64,000 nt of DNA, taken from Heterodontus francisci (taxonomy: Eukaryota). Position numbers and translations under genes: made by a program. The stretch covers positions 3,269,112 to 3,333,111 of the forward strand of contig NC_090383.1 in NCBI RefSeq assembly GCF_036365525.1. The letters are read 5' to 3'. Numbering within the stretch: position 1 is the stretch's first letter; each line of letters starts with the position of its first letter. Below are positions 23,800 to 36,294 of this stretch, piece after piece. The notes under the pieces were generated by a model. The model was not told the origin of the DNA. It ran no database searches and saw nothing but the letters and a program-made list of their open reading frames with translations.

Positions 23800-26610
23800 A
23801 TTAGAACATAGGAAGAACATAGGAGCTGGAGTAGGCCATTCAGCCCTTCGAGCCTGCTCCACCATTCTAGATCATGGCTGGTTGCCTACTTCAAAGTCAT
23901 ATTCCCACACTGTCCCCATATCCCTTGATGTCAATAGCAACTAGAAATCTATCAATCTCTGTCTTGAACTTACTCAGTGACTGAGGTTCCAGCACCCTCT
24001 GGAGAAGAGAATTCCAAACATACACCACCCTCTGAGTGAAGAAGTTCCTCATCTCAGTCCTAAATGGCTTGTCCTTTATTCTGAGATTGTGTCCCCTGGT
24101 TCTAGACCCCCTCAGCCAGGGGAAACATCCTTTCTGCATCTAGCCTGTCTATCCCTTTAAGACTTTTGTAAGTTTCTATGAGATCACCCCTCAATCTCCT
24201 AACCACCAGAGAGTACAGGCCCGGTCTTCTCACTCTCTCCTCATATGACAATCCCACCATCCCAGGAATCAATCTGGTAAACCTCCGCCGTGGCAAGTAT
24301 ATCCTTCCTCAGGCAAGGGGACCAGAACTGCACACAATATTCCAGGTGTGGCCTCACCAATGCTCCAAACATTTGAAGCTAAACTTCTTTGCTTCTGTAC
24401 TCAAATCCTCTTGCAGCAAAGGCTAACAGACCATTGCCTTCCTGATTGCTTGCTGCACCTCCATGCTAGCTTTCAGTGACTCATGAACAAGGACACCCAG
24501 GTCCCTTTGGACATCAACACTTCCCAATCTCTCACCATTTACGAAATACTCTGCACCTCTGTTCCTCCTGCCAAAGTGGATAACCTCACACTTATCCACA
24601 TTATATTCCATCTGCCATGTTCTTGCCCACACACTCAGCCTGTCTAAATTCTCTTGAAGCCTCTTTGCATCCTCCTCACAACTCACATTCCCACCAAGTT
24701 TTGTGTCATCTTGGAAATAATACAATTGCTCCCCACATCCCAATCATTGATATAGATTGTGAACAGCTGGGGCCCAAGCACTGATCCTTGCGGTACCCCA
24801 CTAGTAATAGCCTGCCAACCTGAGAATGACCCATTTATTCCTACTTTCTGTTTTCTGTCTGTTACCCAATCCTCAATCCATGCTTGTATATTACCCCCAA
24901 TCCCATGTGCTTTAATTTTGCTTAGTAACCTCCTATGTGGGACTTCATCAAAAGCCTTCTGAAAGTCCAAATACACCACATCCACTGGTTCCCTCTTATC
25001 CACTCTGCTAGTAACAGCCTTTAAAAACTCTTAAGTTTGTCAAACATGATTTCCCCTTCATAAATCCATATTGACTCTGCCCAGTCAGACCATTATTTTC
25101 GAAGTAATCACATCCTTTAGAATAGATTCTAGTATTTTCCTTACTACCGAGATCAGGCTGGCAGGTCTGTAGTTCCCCGTTTTCTCTCTCCCTCCTTTCT
25201 TAAACACTGGAATTACATTTGCAACCTTCCAATCTGCAGGCACCGTTGCAGAATTTATAGAATTTTGAAAGATGATCACCAATGCATCCACTATCTCTGT
25301 AGCCATTTCTTTCAACACTCTATGTGAAGATCATCGGGTCCTGTGGATTTGGCAACTTTCAGTCCCGTTCATTTTTCCAATACTACTTTTTTACTAATCC
25401 TAATTTCTTTCAGTTCCTCATTTTCACTAGTCGCTTGGTTCTCAATTATTTCAGGGAGACTTCTTGTATCTTCCTTCCTGAAGACAGACACAAAGTAATT
25501 ATTTAGCTTCTCTGGCATTTCTTTATTTCCCATGAGAAATTCTCCAGTCTCTGCCTGTAATGGATCCATATTTGTCTTTGCTAATTTTGTCCTTTTTATC
25601 CGTATTTTTATTTCTTGTTAGTTTACATTCATATTCTATTCTCTCTATCAATTTCTTGGTCCTCTTTTGGATTCTAAACTTCTCCCAATCCTTCAGCTTA
25701 TGTCCTTTTTGGAACTTTATAAGCCTCCTCCTTTGATCTAATACTATCCTTAACTTCCTTTGTTAGTCACGGCTGACTTGCTTTCCCTCTTGGATTCTTT
25801 TGCCTTAAATAAATGTGTGTTTTTTTTAGGGCGGCACAGTGGCGCAGTGGTTAGCACCGCAGCCTCACAGCTCCAGGGACCCGGGTTCGATTCCGGGTAC
25901 TGCCTGTGTGGAGTTTGCAAGTTCTCCCTGTGTCTGCGTGGGTTTTCTCCGGGTGCTCCGGTTTCCTCCCACAAGCCAAAAGACTTGCAGGTTGATAGGT
26001 AAATTGGCCATTATAAATTGTCACTAGTATAGGTAGGTGGTAGGGCAATATAGGGACAGGTGGGGATGTTTGGTAGGAATATGGGATTAGTGTAGGATTA
26101 GTATAAATGGGTGGTTGATGTTCGGCACAGACTCGGTGGGCCGAAGGGCCTGTTTCAGTGCTGTATATCTAATCTAAAAAATTAATTCTTAAAATTCTAG
26201 CCATTGCCTATCTACCATCAAACCTTTTAATATATTTTTCCAATCCCCCATGGCCAACTTGCTCCTCATACCTTCATAATTGCCCTTGCTTAGATCTAAG
26301 ACCCGAGTTTCAGATTGAACTACATCTTTTTCAAACTTAATGGAAAATTCTATCACACTATGGTCACTTTTCTCTAAAGGTTATTTTACCACCAGATTAC
26401 TAATTAGCCCTTGCTCATTGCATAATACTAGAACCAAAATAGCCTGTTCCCTAGTTTGTTCCTCAACATATTGCTCCAGAAAGCCATCTCAGACACGTTT
26501 CAGGAATTCTTCTTCCACAGCATTGGTGCTCATTATATTTACCCAGTCTATATGTAGATTGAAGTCACCCATAATTGTTGCATTGCTCTTGTTACATGTA
26601 AATTTAATTT
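23800..26610 (-). mobile_element. 5'-truncated CR1 LINE (ORF2 remnant)
   Basis: Minus ORFs give MGDFNLHIDW, NYRPASL, YLDFQKAFDEVPH, GVPQGSVLGP, QDDTKLGG and [12 protein letters not shown]1 3' tail at about 23800-23930. Confidence 0.92.
25829..26181 (+). mobile_element. Full-length HE1-like V-SINE inserted in the CR1
   Basis: A box tggcgcagtgg, B box ggttcgattcc, V domain and CR1-like tail. Very similar to 5626-5969. Confidence 0.92.
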
Positions 26611-27271
26611 CCGTTGATGTTGGAGAATGAAGAGGGTTTTCGACTGCAGCAATGCAACTGTCCAGTGCAGCCATGCATGTGCCCTGCCAATTAATGAGCA
26701 GTTGTGTATGCACATGGCCATGTATCTGCTTGAGGACATTGTTCTGATTGCCTAAACTCACGATGCAAGATTCTTACATCTGGAAGCGATGGAGGCGACT
26801 TCCCTAATGTTGATCTGGTTTGGACTCAAACCCAAGTTACAATGATAAAAGGCAAATGCACTCACCACCACTTCACATTCCAGCATGTGTTTAGTAAAGG
26901 AGAATGGAATGTCTTTAAGTTTTCCCTGCTGTGAACATAAAGATTTATTATCATCTGTCTGAGATCATTTGCATGTTAGCAATAGTTATGCTTTCCCATG
27001 CTTTGGTGAACATTTTTGATTGACCTAGATGTAACCAATGAGGATAAAGATTGGAAATGAAGCATTATATTATCACTTAATACAGTTTGTAACATGCTGG
27101 GAAATATTGTTACATTGATATTTTTGCAGTATTTTCTTCTTTTTCTTGGTTTCTCTGTTCCAACAGCATCCCATTCAAGAAGCCGAACTTGTCTCATCCT
27201 CTACCAATCCAGCTCTATAAATGACCATGTGATGATGATTCATTCTTCCTCCTTGTGACAAGGTACTTGAT

Positions 27272-27520
27272 CTTTTTTTTAAATTTATTCATGGGATGTG
27301 GGTGACGCTGGCCAGGTCAGCATTTATTGCCCATCCCTAATTGCCCTTGAGTAGGTGGTGGTGAGCTGCCTTCTTGAACCGCTGCAGTCCATGTGAGGTA
27401 GGTACACCCACAGTGCTGTTAGGAACGGAGTTCCAGGATTTTGACCCAGCGACAGTGAAGGAACGGCGATATAGTTCCAAGTCAGGATGGTGTGTGGCTT
27501 GGAGGGGAACTTGCAGGTCT
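27272..27520 (-). mobile_element. 3' end of a second CR1-group LINE family
   Basis: Reverse complement of about 28565-28810; encodes YRRSFTVAGSKSWNSVPN and has a poly(A) tail. Confidence 0.85.
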
Positions 27521-27659
27521 GGGTTGACACATGTAAGATGTCGCAAGGTAACAGAGGGTTGCTGATACTGAGTTAACTGTATTTCATCATCAATGCCGAT
27601 GATCAAGAGAGAATGGAAGAATGAGCAGAAAAACAACCTACACTTCCTGAACTATGCCG

Positions 27660-27998
27660 TTATATGACCGTAAGTAGCAGCTGGAGTAGGCCGTTCGGCC
27701 CTTTGAGTCTGCTCCACCATGTGGTCAGATCATGGCTGATCCACTGTCTCACCCTATCCCCATAACCCTCGATTCCCTTAGTGTGCAAAAATCTATCGAT
27801 CTCTGTCTTGAATATTCTCAATGACTGAGCTTCCTCAGCTCTCTGAGGTAGAGAATTCCAAAGATTCGTAACCCTCTAAGTGACAAAATTTCTCAGGTCA
27901 TTTCTAAATGGATGACCTTTAACCTGAGACTATGATCCCTAGTTCTAGCCCCTCCATCTGGGGAAAACAGCCTCTCAGCATCTATGTTGTCAAGCCCG
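27660..27998 (-). mobile_element. CR1 3' fragment
   Basis: gctggagtaggccgttcggccctttgag...agagaattccaaagattc; encodes GLDNIDAERLF...RTRDHSLRL. Confidence 0.75.
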
Positions 27999-28049
27999 CT
28001 GAGCTGTGCCATTGTGTGGTACCTAGTACCTAGGTACCGAGTGGTACCT

Positions 28050-28810
28050 AGTGCCAGGCAATGACCATCTCCAACAAGAGAGAATCTATCCATCTCCCCT
28101 TGACATTCAACAGCATTACCATCGTTGAATCCCCCACTATCAACATCCTAGGGGTTACCATTGATCAGAAACTGAACTGGAGTAGCCATATAAATACCAT
28201 GGCTACAAGAGCAGGTTAGAGGCTAGGAATCCTGAGGCGAGTAACTCACCTCCTGACTCCCCAAAGCCTGTCCACCATCTGCAAGGCACAAGTTAGGAAT
28301 GTGATGGAATACTCTTCACTTGCCTGGATGGGTGCAGCTCCAACAACACTCAAGAAGCTCAACACCATCCAGGATAAAGCAGCCCGCTTGATTGGCACCC
28401 TATCTACAAACATTCACTCCCTCCATCACCGACGCACAGTGACAGCAGTGTGTACCATCTACAAGATGCACTGCAGCAATGCACCAAGGCTCCTTAGAAA
28501 GCACCTTCCAACTAGACCTCTACCAACTAGAAGGACAAGGGCAGCAAATACATGGGTACACCACCACCTGCAAGTTCCCCTCCAAGTCACATACCATCCT
28601 GACTTGAAACTATATTGCCGTTCCTTCACTGTCGCTGGGTCAAAATCCTGGAACTCCCTCCCTAACAGCACTGTGGGTGTACCTACGCCACATGGACTGC
28701 AGCAGTTCAAGAAGGCAGCTCATCATCACCTTCCCAGGGGCAATTGGGGCTGGGCAACAAATGCTGTCCTAGCCAGCGATGCTCACATCCCATGAATGAA
28801 TAAACAAAAA
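28050..28810 (+). mobile_element. 3' portion of the second CR1-group LINE family
   Basis: ORF 28301-28795 MEYSSLAWMGAAPTTLKKLNTIQDKAARLIG...SLHHRR; tail gatgctcacatcccatgaatgaataaacaaaaa. Confidence 0.85.
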
Positions 28811-29502
28811 TCAATATTCAGCTGCATGAGGCATCACAGGCTCCACCAGGACTCACTCGACAATGTTCTAAAGTGGTTGATTATTTTTCTCTTTCCTATC
28901 ATGCCCAGATTAGAGCAACTAAATCAATATAAATATAACTGCAGCAAGCTGACTACTATCCTTGGGTCTATATGGGATTGCAGTCTAAATTTACAAACCA
29001 TATTTCCCTAATTCATGAATTCAAAACAGCTGATACTAATCGAGGAAGAAAGATTTGTATTTATACAACACCTTTCCGGATCTCAAAGTGCTTCACAGAC
29101 AATACGAACATATGAATTAGGAGCAGGAGTAGGCCACTCAGTCCCTCGAGCCTGCTCCGCCAATCAATAAGATCACAGCTGATCTGATTGTAACCTCAAC
29201 TCCATTTTCCCGCCTACCCCCATTAACCTTTCACCCCCTTGCTTATCAAGAATCTATCTACCTCTGCCTTAAAAATATTCAAAGACTCTGCTTCCACTCC
29301 CTTTTGAGGAAGAGAATTCCAAAGACTCACGATCCTCAGAGAGAAAAAATTTCTCCTCATCTCTGTCTTAAATGAGTAACCCCTTATTTTTAAACAGTGA
29401 CCCCTAGTTCGAGATTCTCCCACAAGAGGAAACATCCTTTCCACATCCATCCTGTCAAGACCCCTCAGGATCTTATATGTTTCAATCAAGTCGCCTCTTA
29501 CT

Positions 29503-32420
29503 ATAGACCTCCGAATAGTTCCAGAGATGTAGAGGAAAGGATAGCGAAAATGATTCTCGACAGGGGCGAGAGTAACAGGGTAGTTGTTATGGGGGACTTT
29601 AACTTTCCAAATATTGACTGGAAATACTATAGTTCGAGTACTTTAGATGTGTCTGTTTTTGTCCAGTATGTGCAGGAGGGTTTTCTGACACAGTATGTAG
29701 ACAGGCCAACCAGGGGCGATGCCACATTGGATTTGGTACTGGGTAATGAACCCGGCCAGGTGTTCGATTTAGATGTAGGTGAGCACTTTGGTGATAGTGA
29801 TCACAATTCGGTTAGGTTTACCTTAGCGATGGGCAGGGACAGGTATATACCGCAGGGCAAGAATTATAGCTGGGGGAAAGGAAATTATGATGCGATTAGG
29901 CAAGATTTAGGATGCGTAGGATGGGGAAGGAAACTGCAGGGGATGGGCACAATCGAAATGTGGAGCTTATTCAGGGAGCAGCTACTGCGTGTCCTTGATA
30001 AGTATGTACCTGTCAGGCAGGGAGGAAGTTGTTGAGCGAGGGAGCCCTGGTTTACTAAAGAAGTTGAAGCACTTGTCAAGAGGAAGAAGAAGGCTTATGT
30101 TAGGATGAGACGTGAAGGCTCAGTTAGGGCGCTTGAGAGTTACAAGCTAGCCAGGAAGGATCTAAAGGGAGAGCTAAGAAGAGCAAGGAGAGGACACGAG
30201 AAGTCATTGGCGGATAGGATCAGGGAAAACCCTAAGGCTTTCTATAGGTATATCAGGAATAAAAGAATGACTAGAGTTAGATTAGGGCCAATCAAGGATA
30301 GTAGTGGGAAGTTGTGTGTGGAATCAGAGGAGATAGGGGAAGCGTTAAATGAATATTTTGCGTCAGTATTTACAGTAGAGAAAGAAAATGTTGTCGAGGA
30401 GAATACTGAGATTCAGGCTACTAGGCTAGATGGGATTGAGGTTCACAAGGATGAGGTGTTAGCAATTTTGGAAAGTGTGAAAATAGATAAGTCCCCTGGG
30501 CCAGATGGGATTTATCCTAGGATTCTCTGGGAAGCCAGGGAGGAGATTGCAGAGCCTTTGTCCTTGATCTTTATGTCGTCATTGTCGACAGGAATAGTGC
30601 CGGAAGACTGGAGGATAGCAAATGTTGTCCCCTTGTTCAAGAAGGGGAGTAGAGACAGCCCTGGTAATTATAGACCTGTGAGCCTTACTTCGGTTGTGGG
30701 TAAAATGTTGGAAAAGGTTATAAGAGACAGGATTTATAATCATCTTGAAAAGAATAAGTTCATTAGCGATAGTCAGCACGGTTTTGTGACGGGTAGGTCG
30801 TGCCTCACAAACCTTATTGAGTTTTTCGAGAAGGTGACCAAACAGGTGGATGAGGGTAAAGCAGTGGATGTGGTGTATATGGATTTCAGTAAGGCGTTTG
30901 ATAAGGTTCCCCACGGTAGGCTATTGCAGAAAATACGGAAGTATGGGGTTGAAGGTGATTTAGAGCTTTGGATCAGAAATTGGCTAGCTGAAAGAAGGTG
31001 GTGGTTGATGGCAAATGTTCATCCTGGAGTTTAGTTACTAGTGGTGTACCGCAAGGATCTGTTTTGGGGCCACTGCTGTTTGTCATTTTTATAAATGACC
31101 TGGATGAGGGTGTAGAAGGGTGGGTTAGTAAATTTGCAGATGACACGAAGGTCGGTGGAGTTGTGGATAGTGCCGAAGGATGTTGTAGGGTACAGAGGGA
31201 CATAGATAGGCTGCAGAGCTGGGCTGAGAGATGGCAAATGGAGTTTAATGCGGAAAAGTGTGAGGTGATTCACTTTGGAAGGAGTAACAGGAATGCAGAG
31301 TACTGGGCTAATGGGAAGATTCTTGGTAGTGTAGATGAACAGAGAGATCTTGGTGTCCAGGTGCATAAATCCCTGAAGGTTGCTACCCAGGTTAATAGGG
31401 CTGTTAAGAAGGCATATGGTGTGTTAGCTTTTATTAGTAGGGGGATCGAGGTTCGGAGCCACGAGGTCATGCTGCAGCTGTACAAAACTCTGTTGAGGCC
31501 ACACCTGGAGTATTGCGTGCAGTTCTGGTCACCGCATTATAGGAAGGATGTGGAAGCTTTGGAAAGGGTGCAGAGGAGATTTACTAGGATGTTGCCTGGT
31601 ATGGAGGGAAGGTCTTACGAGGAAAGACCGAGGGACTTGAGGTTGTTTTCGTTGGAGAGAAGGAGGAGGAGAGGTGACTTAATAGAGACATATAAGATAA
31701 TCAGAGGGTTAGATAGGGTGGATAGTGAGAGTCTTTTTCCTCGGATGGTGATGGCAAACACGAGGGCACATAGCTTTAAGTTGAGGGGTGATAGATATAG
31801 GACAGATGTCAGAGGTAGTTTCTTTATTCAGAGAGTAGTAGGGGCGTGGAACGCCCTGCCTGCAGCAGTAGTAGACTCGCCAACTTTAAGGGCATTTAAG
31901 TGGTCATTGTACAGCGAGCTCGCCACTGGTATCAGACCCACCGGCCGTCCATGTCTCCGTTATAAAGACGTCTGCAAACGCGACATGAAATCGTGTGACA
32001 TTGATCACAAGTCGTGGGAGTCAGTTGCCAGCATTCGCCAGAGCTGGCGGGCAGCCATAAAGACAGGGCTAAATTGTGGCGAGTCGAAGAGACTTAGTAG
32101 TTGGCAGGAAAAAAGACAGAGGCGCAAGGGGAGAGCCAACTGTGCAACAGCCCCAACAAACAAATTTCTCTGCAGCACCTGTGGAAGAGCCTGTCACTCC
32201 AGAATTGGCCTTTATAGCCACTCCAGGCGCTGCTTCACAAACCACTGACCACCTCCAGGCGCGTATCCATTGTCTCTCGAGATAAGGAGGCCCAAAAGAA
32301 AGAAGAAAGAAGTGGTCATTGGATAGACATATGGATGAAAATGGAATAGTGTAGGTCAGAAGGTCGGCGCAACATCGAGGGCCGAAGGGCCTGTACTGCG
32401 CTGTAATGTTCTAATTCTAA
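29503..32420 (+). mobile_element. Young 5'-truncated CR1 LINE with few lesions
   Basis: YYRPPN...GDFN...SDHN (APE), then RT ORFs 30105-31034 and 30998 onward with FADD. One stop at 30033-30035 and a frameshift near 30995. Tail gttctaattctaa; TTACT duplicated at 29498 and 32421. Confidence 0.95.
31910..32309 (+). mobile_element. Young RTE LINE 3' fragment inserted in the young CR1
   Basis: 12-bp TSD AAGTGGTCATTG at 31898-31909 and 32310-32321. Encodes YSELATGIRPTGRPCLRYKD...CSTCGRACHSRIGLYSH and ends in a GAA/GAAA tail. Confidence 0.93.
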
Positions 32421-32950
32421 TTACTCTTCTAAACTCCAGTGGATACAAGCCTAGCCTGTCCAATCTTTCCTCAAAAGACAGCCTGCCCATTCCAGGTATT
32501 AGTCTAGTAAACCTTCTCTGAACTGCTTCCAACGCATTTATATCCTTCCTTAAATAAGGAGACCAATACTGTACACAGTACTCCAGATGTGGTCTCACCA
32601 ATGCCCTGTATAACTGAAGCATAACCTCCCTACTTCTGTATTCAATTCCCTTCGCGATAAACGATAACATTCTATTAGCTTTCCTAATTCCGTGCTGTAC
32701 CTGCATACTAACCTTTTGCAATTCATGCACTAGGACACCCAGATCCCTCTGCATCTCAGAGCTCTGCAATCTCTCACCATTTAGATAATATGCTTTTTTT
32801 AAAATTCTTCCTGCCAAAGTGGACAATTTCACATTTTCTCACATCACATTCCATTTGCCACATCTTTGCCCATTCACTTAACCTATCTATATCCTTTTAT
32901 AGCCTCCTTATGTCCTCTTCACAACTTACTTTCCTACCTATCTGAATGAA

Positions 32951-33276
32951 GAACTTTTGAAGTGCACTCACTATTGTAACACAGGAAAAGCAGCAGCCAA
33001 TTTGCACACAGCAAGCTCCCAGAAACAGCAATGTGATAATGACCAGATAATCTGTTTTAGTGAGGTTGGTTGAGGGATAAATATTGGCCCAGGATACTGA
33101 GGGAAAACTCCCTGCTCCTTTTCAAAGTAGTGGCTGTGGAATCTTTTGCAAGCATATGAGAGGGCTTGCACTGGAGTGTCAGCCTAGAGTTTGTATTCAG
33201 GTCCACACTCTAGGACTTGGACCCACAACCTTCTGACTCAGAGGCACAAGTGCAACCCACTAAGCCACAGCTGACA
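32951..33276 (-). mobile_element. Deu-domain SINE (internally deleted)
   Basis: Reverse complement of parts of 54232-54695 (gcagccaatttgcacacagcaag, tgcactggagtgtcagcct, acccacaaccttctgact). Confidence 0.8.
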
Positions 33277-33329
33277 TGAAATGGAACATAGATTTGTTGG
33301 GTCCGTTCTCTTACATTTATAGACACCCA

Positions 33330-33700
33330 GGCTGGAATTGTACGGTGGATGGACGGGAGCCGGACTCCGACGCGAAATTCGGTGGCGAACCTGCTTCTGC
33401 CTAGTCTGGGGATCAGTCCCGTATTTTACAGGTACCCGGGCTTTAATTGTCCCAAGGCGGGACTTCCACCCACTTGAGGGAGGAGGTCCCGCCTCAGTGA
33501 GCTGCCGGCCAATCAGCGCCACCGGGAGCAGTGGCCATTGCTGGGACTGCAGCCCAGCCAAAGCCAGGGAGCCTGGAGGGAAAGTAAGTTGGGGTATGCC
33601 GCACCAGGGGGATCGGTCCTTCCCTGGTGAGGCTGAAGTGGTGGTTTGGGGGGAGGGGATTGTCTTGGGTCCCGGGGGTGGGTTGGGAGGTGCGAGCAGC
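33330..33700. mobile_element. GC-rich MITE-like repeat fragment
   Basis: Abrupt GC/CpG-rich island beginning ggctggaatt, similar to the termini at 38136 and 60563. Right end not seen. Confidence 0.4.
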
Positions 33701-33709
33701 CCTACACAA

Positions 33710-33835
33710 GGATATTAAGGGATATGGAGCCAAGGCAGACGAATAAAGTTAAGATTCAGATCAGCCACGATCTCATTGAGTGGTGGAACAGGCTCGAGGG
33801 GCTGAATGGCCTTCTCCTGTTCCTATATTACTATA
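33710..33835 (+). mobile_element. CR1 3' tail
   Basis: attaagggatatggag...cagatcagccacgatctcattgag...ggggctgaatggccttctcctgttcctat. Confidence 0.75.
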
Positions 33836-34309
33836 TTCCTACCACACTGAGAAGTCTTTGGTGAGACTCTTTTCAACAGATTTGCTGCACTTCCCCTTTT
33901 TCTTTGGAGAGGGGGGTTCTCCTGTATCTTATAATATCATCAGAAAAGTAGGCAGAATGATTGATCTGTCCCAGTGCTCTATTGCAGTTGGCAGCTGTGA
34001 ACTGCAAGGAAATGTCCAGGAGTGTTAAAGTCCCTCTGATATTTCCTTGCTGCCTATGGGGAACCTCCCTTTATCCGACTGATCCTGGAACTCTGTCTGC
34101 TAAGGATTATGGCCATGAAACTGCTGTGCTTCCGAATGGGATTCATGACCTTTGCATTCTAATGAAAAAGTTGGTCCTTTATCAGAACGCAGTAGTTGGG
34201 GAATTACAGGCACTTTTACAGGCCTGGGGGATAAAAAGATAACTGTGGATATTGGTGATCGGAAATATAAATACTAATGCTTATTGTGGCATTGAACAAC
34301 ACACACCAT

Positions 34310-34640
34310 TTTTTTATTCATTCATGGGATGTGGGCGTCACTGGTTAGGCCAGCATTTATTGCCCATCCCTAATTGCCCTTGAGAAAGTGGTGGTGAGCT
34401 CCCTTCTTGAACCGCTGCAGTCCATGTGAGGTAGGTACACCCACAGCGCTGTTAGGAAGGGAGTTCCAGGATTTTGACCCAGTGACAGTGAAGGAACGGC
34501 GATATAGTTCCAAGTCAGGATGGTGTGTGACTTGGAGGGGAACTTGCAGGTGGTGGTGTTCCCATGCATTTACTGCCCTTGTCCTTCCAACTGGTAGAGG
34601 TCATGGGTTTGGAGGGTGCTGTCTAAGGAGCCTTGGTGCA
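34310..34640 (-). mobile_element. 3' end of the second CR1-group LINE family
   Basis: Nearly the same sequence as 27272-27520; reverse complement of about 28480-28810. Confidence 0.85.
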
Positions 34641-36294
34641 TTTAATTGCCAGACAAAGTTTAACTCATGAGTAATGTCCACAGTAGTGCGCTGGTAAATG
34701 TAAAAAAAAAATTCCATTTTTGTTCTAATTTTGCAGAAAGATAGTTTGCAGTGTGTAAGGGGAGCTCTAGTCACACCATATATTGTACTAACCACATGGT
34801 ATTCCTGTTTATTCAGCAGGGTAGGAGTTTCATAGATATCAGGGGATGCATATCAAGGAATAAACTTCAACGTGGTTGGTCTGGTCTGGTCAAGCTGTTA
34901 TTCCACTTATGTTACAGCAACACTGTGAGATAAATTAGCCAACCAGTAAATATGTTTACCATACAAGATTTATGTACAATTAGAAAAACATGATATATAA
35001 AAAGGTTTGATATTAGAAAGATGCACTATCTTAACATTTTGGGACTGTTCCACTTTTAAATGTATCCCAGTAATTTGTGGTATCTTCTTGTGAACAATGT
35101 GTAAGTAATTATTCCATGATCAGTCAGCGATGAACAGAAATGAAACTCAGAAGTCTTGGGTTAGCCATAATTATTTCACTAGATCCTGTTGAAATGCTGA
35201 GTCAATGTACAGACAATGGGATCACTTTGTCTTAAGCCAGTGCTATTCCTGGCTGTGGAGACTAAATGTCTTGTCTCAGTTTGCCTTAACTACATCCCCA
35301 AAGACCTCCTCGGCCAGCAAATCTTCCAGATTCTGTAAAAATGCTATATCCTGCATCTTGTAATTCAATTCTTACAGATGATGGTTAAGCTTACTTTTAA
35401 CCCAATTTATTCAATTTGTAAGTTTTATACAAAGAGAACTATATCATTCTATTGTGTTTTACTCATTGCAAATGAAATCCACAGAGTTTTTTTTAAAAAC
35501 TCTTTATTCCAAGGATATTTTGCCTCAGAGATTATTGTTGGCAACTTTTATAAATGGACATCTATGAACTGTGGAATACACCTCATTTATCACACCAGCT
35601 ACTGGCAGCAGGGAGTGATGAGCACCTCACAATCTGAAGAAGGAGTATTGCCCCGTTTTAATGAAAAAGAAGAGACTATATATTTTGTATCCCTTCAAGA
35701 AAGAAGCTATAAATTTTGGATGGTGATCCCTTGCCCCCACTCCAACCCTTATCCCATGATCCTGTGATATTCCAGGTAACATCAAACGTCTCCAGCTATT
35801 GAAGTCTTTGTTGGGGATGAACGCCTGATGTGGTTATCTGACACCAGTGAAATGCAAGGATCTGCAAGCCCCAACTAACAGAAACCAACTGAGGCAATTC
35901 AACTGGGTCCAAAGCCCAAATGTTGCTGTTTCTTTTAAACAGAGTTTTGATTTTAAACTTTGAATTTTGCACTACCTTCTCTAGTTGTTGCAACGATTAA
36001 ACATCTGACACAGTATTTATTAAATCATATTAGTTTGCTGACAAATACACTGTGACAGAAAGTTATATGTTTTAAAAGCTTGGAGTCTTGCTTGTGGTGG
36101 CTTGGAGGCAACTGTCCGTCTAGCTTATCTAAATGAGCCTTTGGGATGGGTCATCACCCTTTGATGCCTGTATCGCATGGCCATAGTGCTTCCATCTTCA
36201 CTCTTCATCTGCCCACCTTTCCCTTTGTAGGGATGAACTGGATGTGGGCAGGAGTTTTTGTTAGGTAGATTCCTTTAAGAGAACCAGGCTACAA

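Larger units (their letters stand above)
29105..32945 (-). mobile_element. Host CR1 3' portion (29105-29502 and 32421-32945) split by a younger CR1
   Basis: Minus ORFs ...LYPLEFRRV (32356-32832) and IETYKILRGLD... (29223-29489) are contiguous parts of one ORF2. Confidence 0.9.

Noticed and set aside
25829-25910. tRNA-like A and B boxes (also at 5626, 11156 and 54232)
   Set aside because: These are SINE heads continuing into V or Deu domains, not standalone tRNA genes.
35378-35767. 129-aa ORF preceded by an acceptor-like ttcttacAG; similar ORFs at 9212, 10777 and 12624
   Set aside because: Composition typical of AT-rich non-coding DNA, no recognisable domain and no consistent exon chain.
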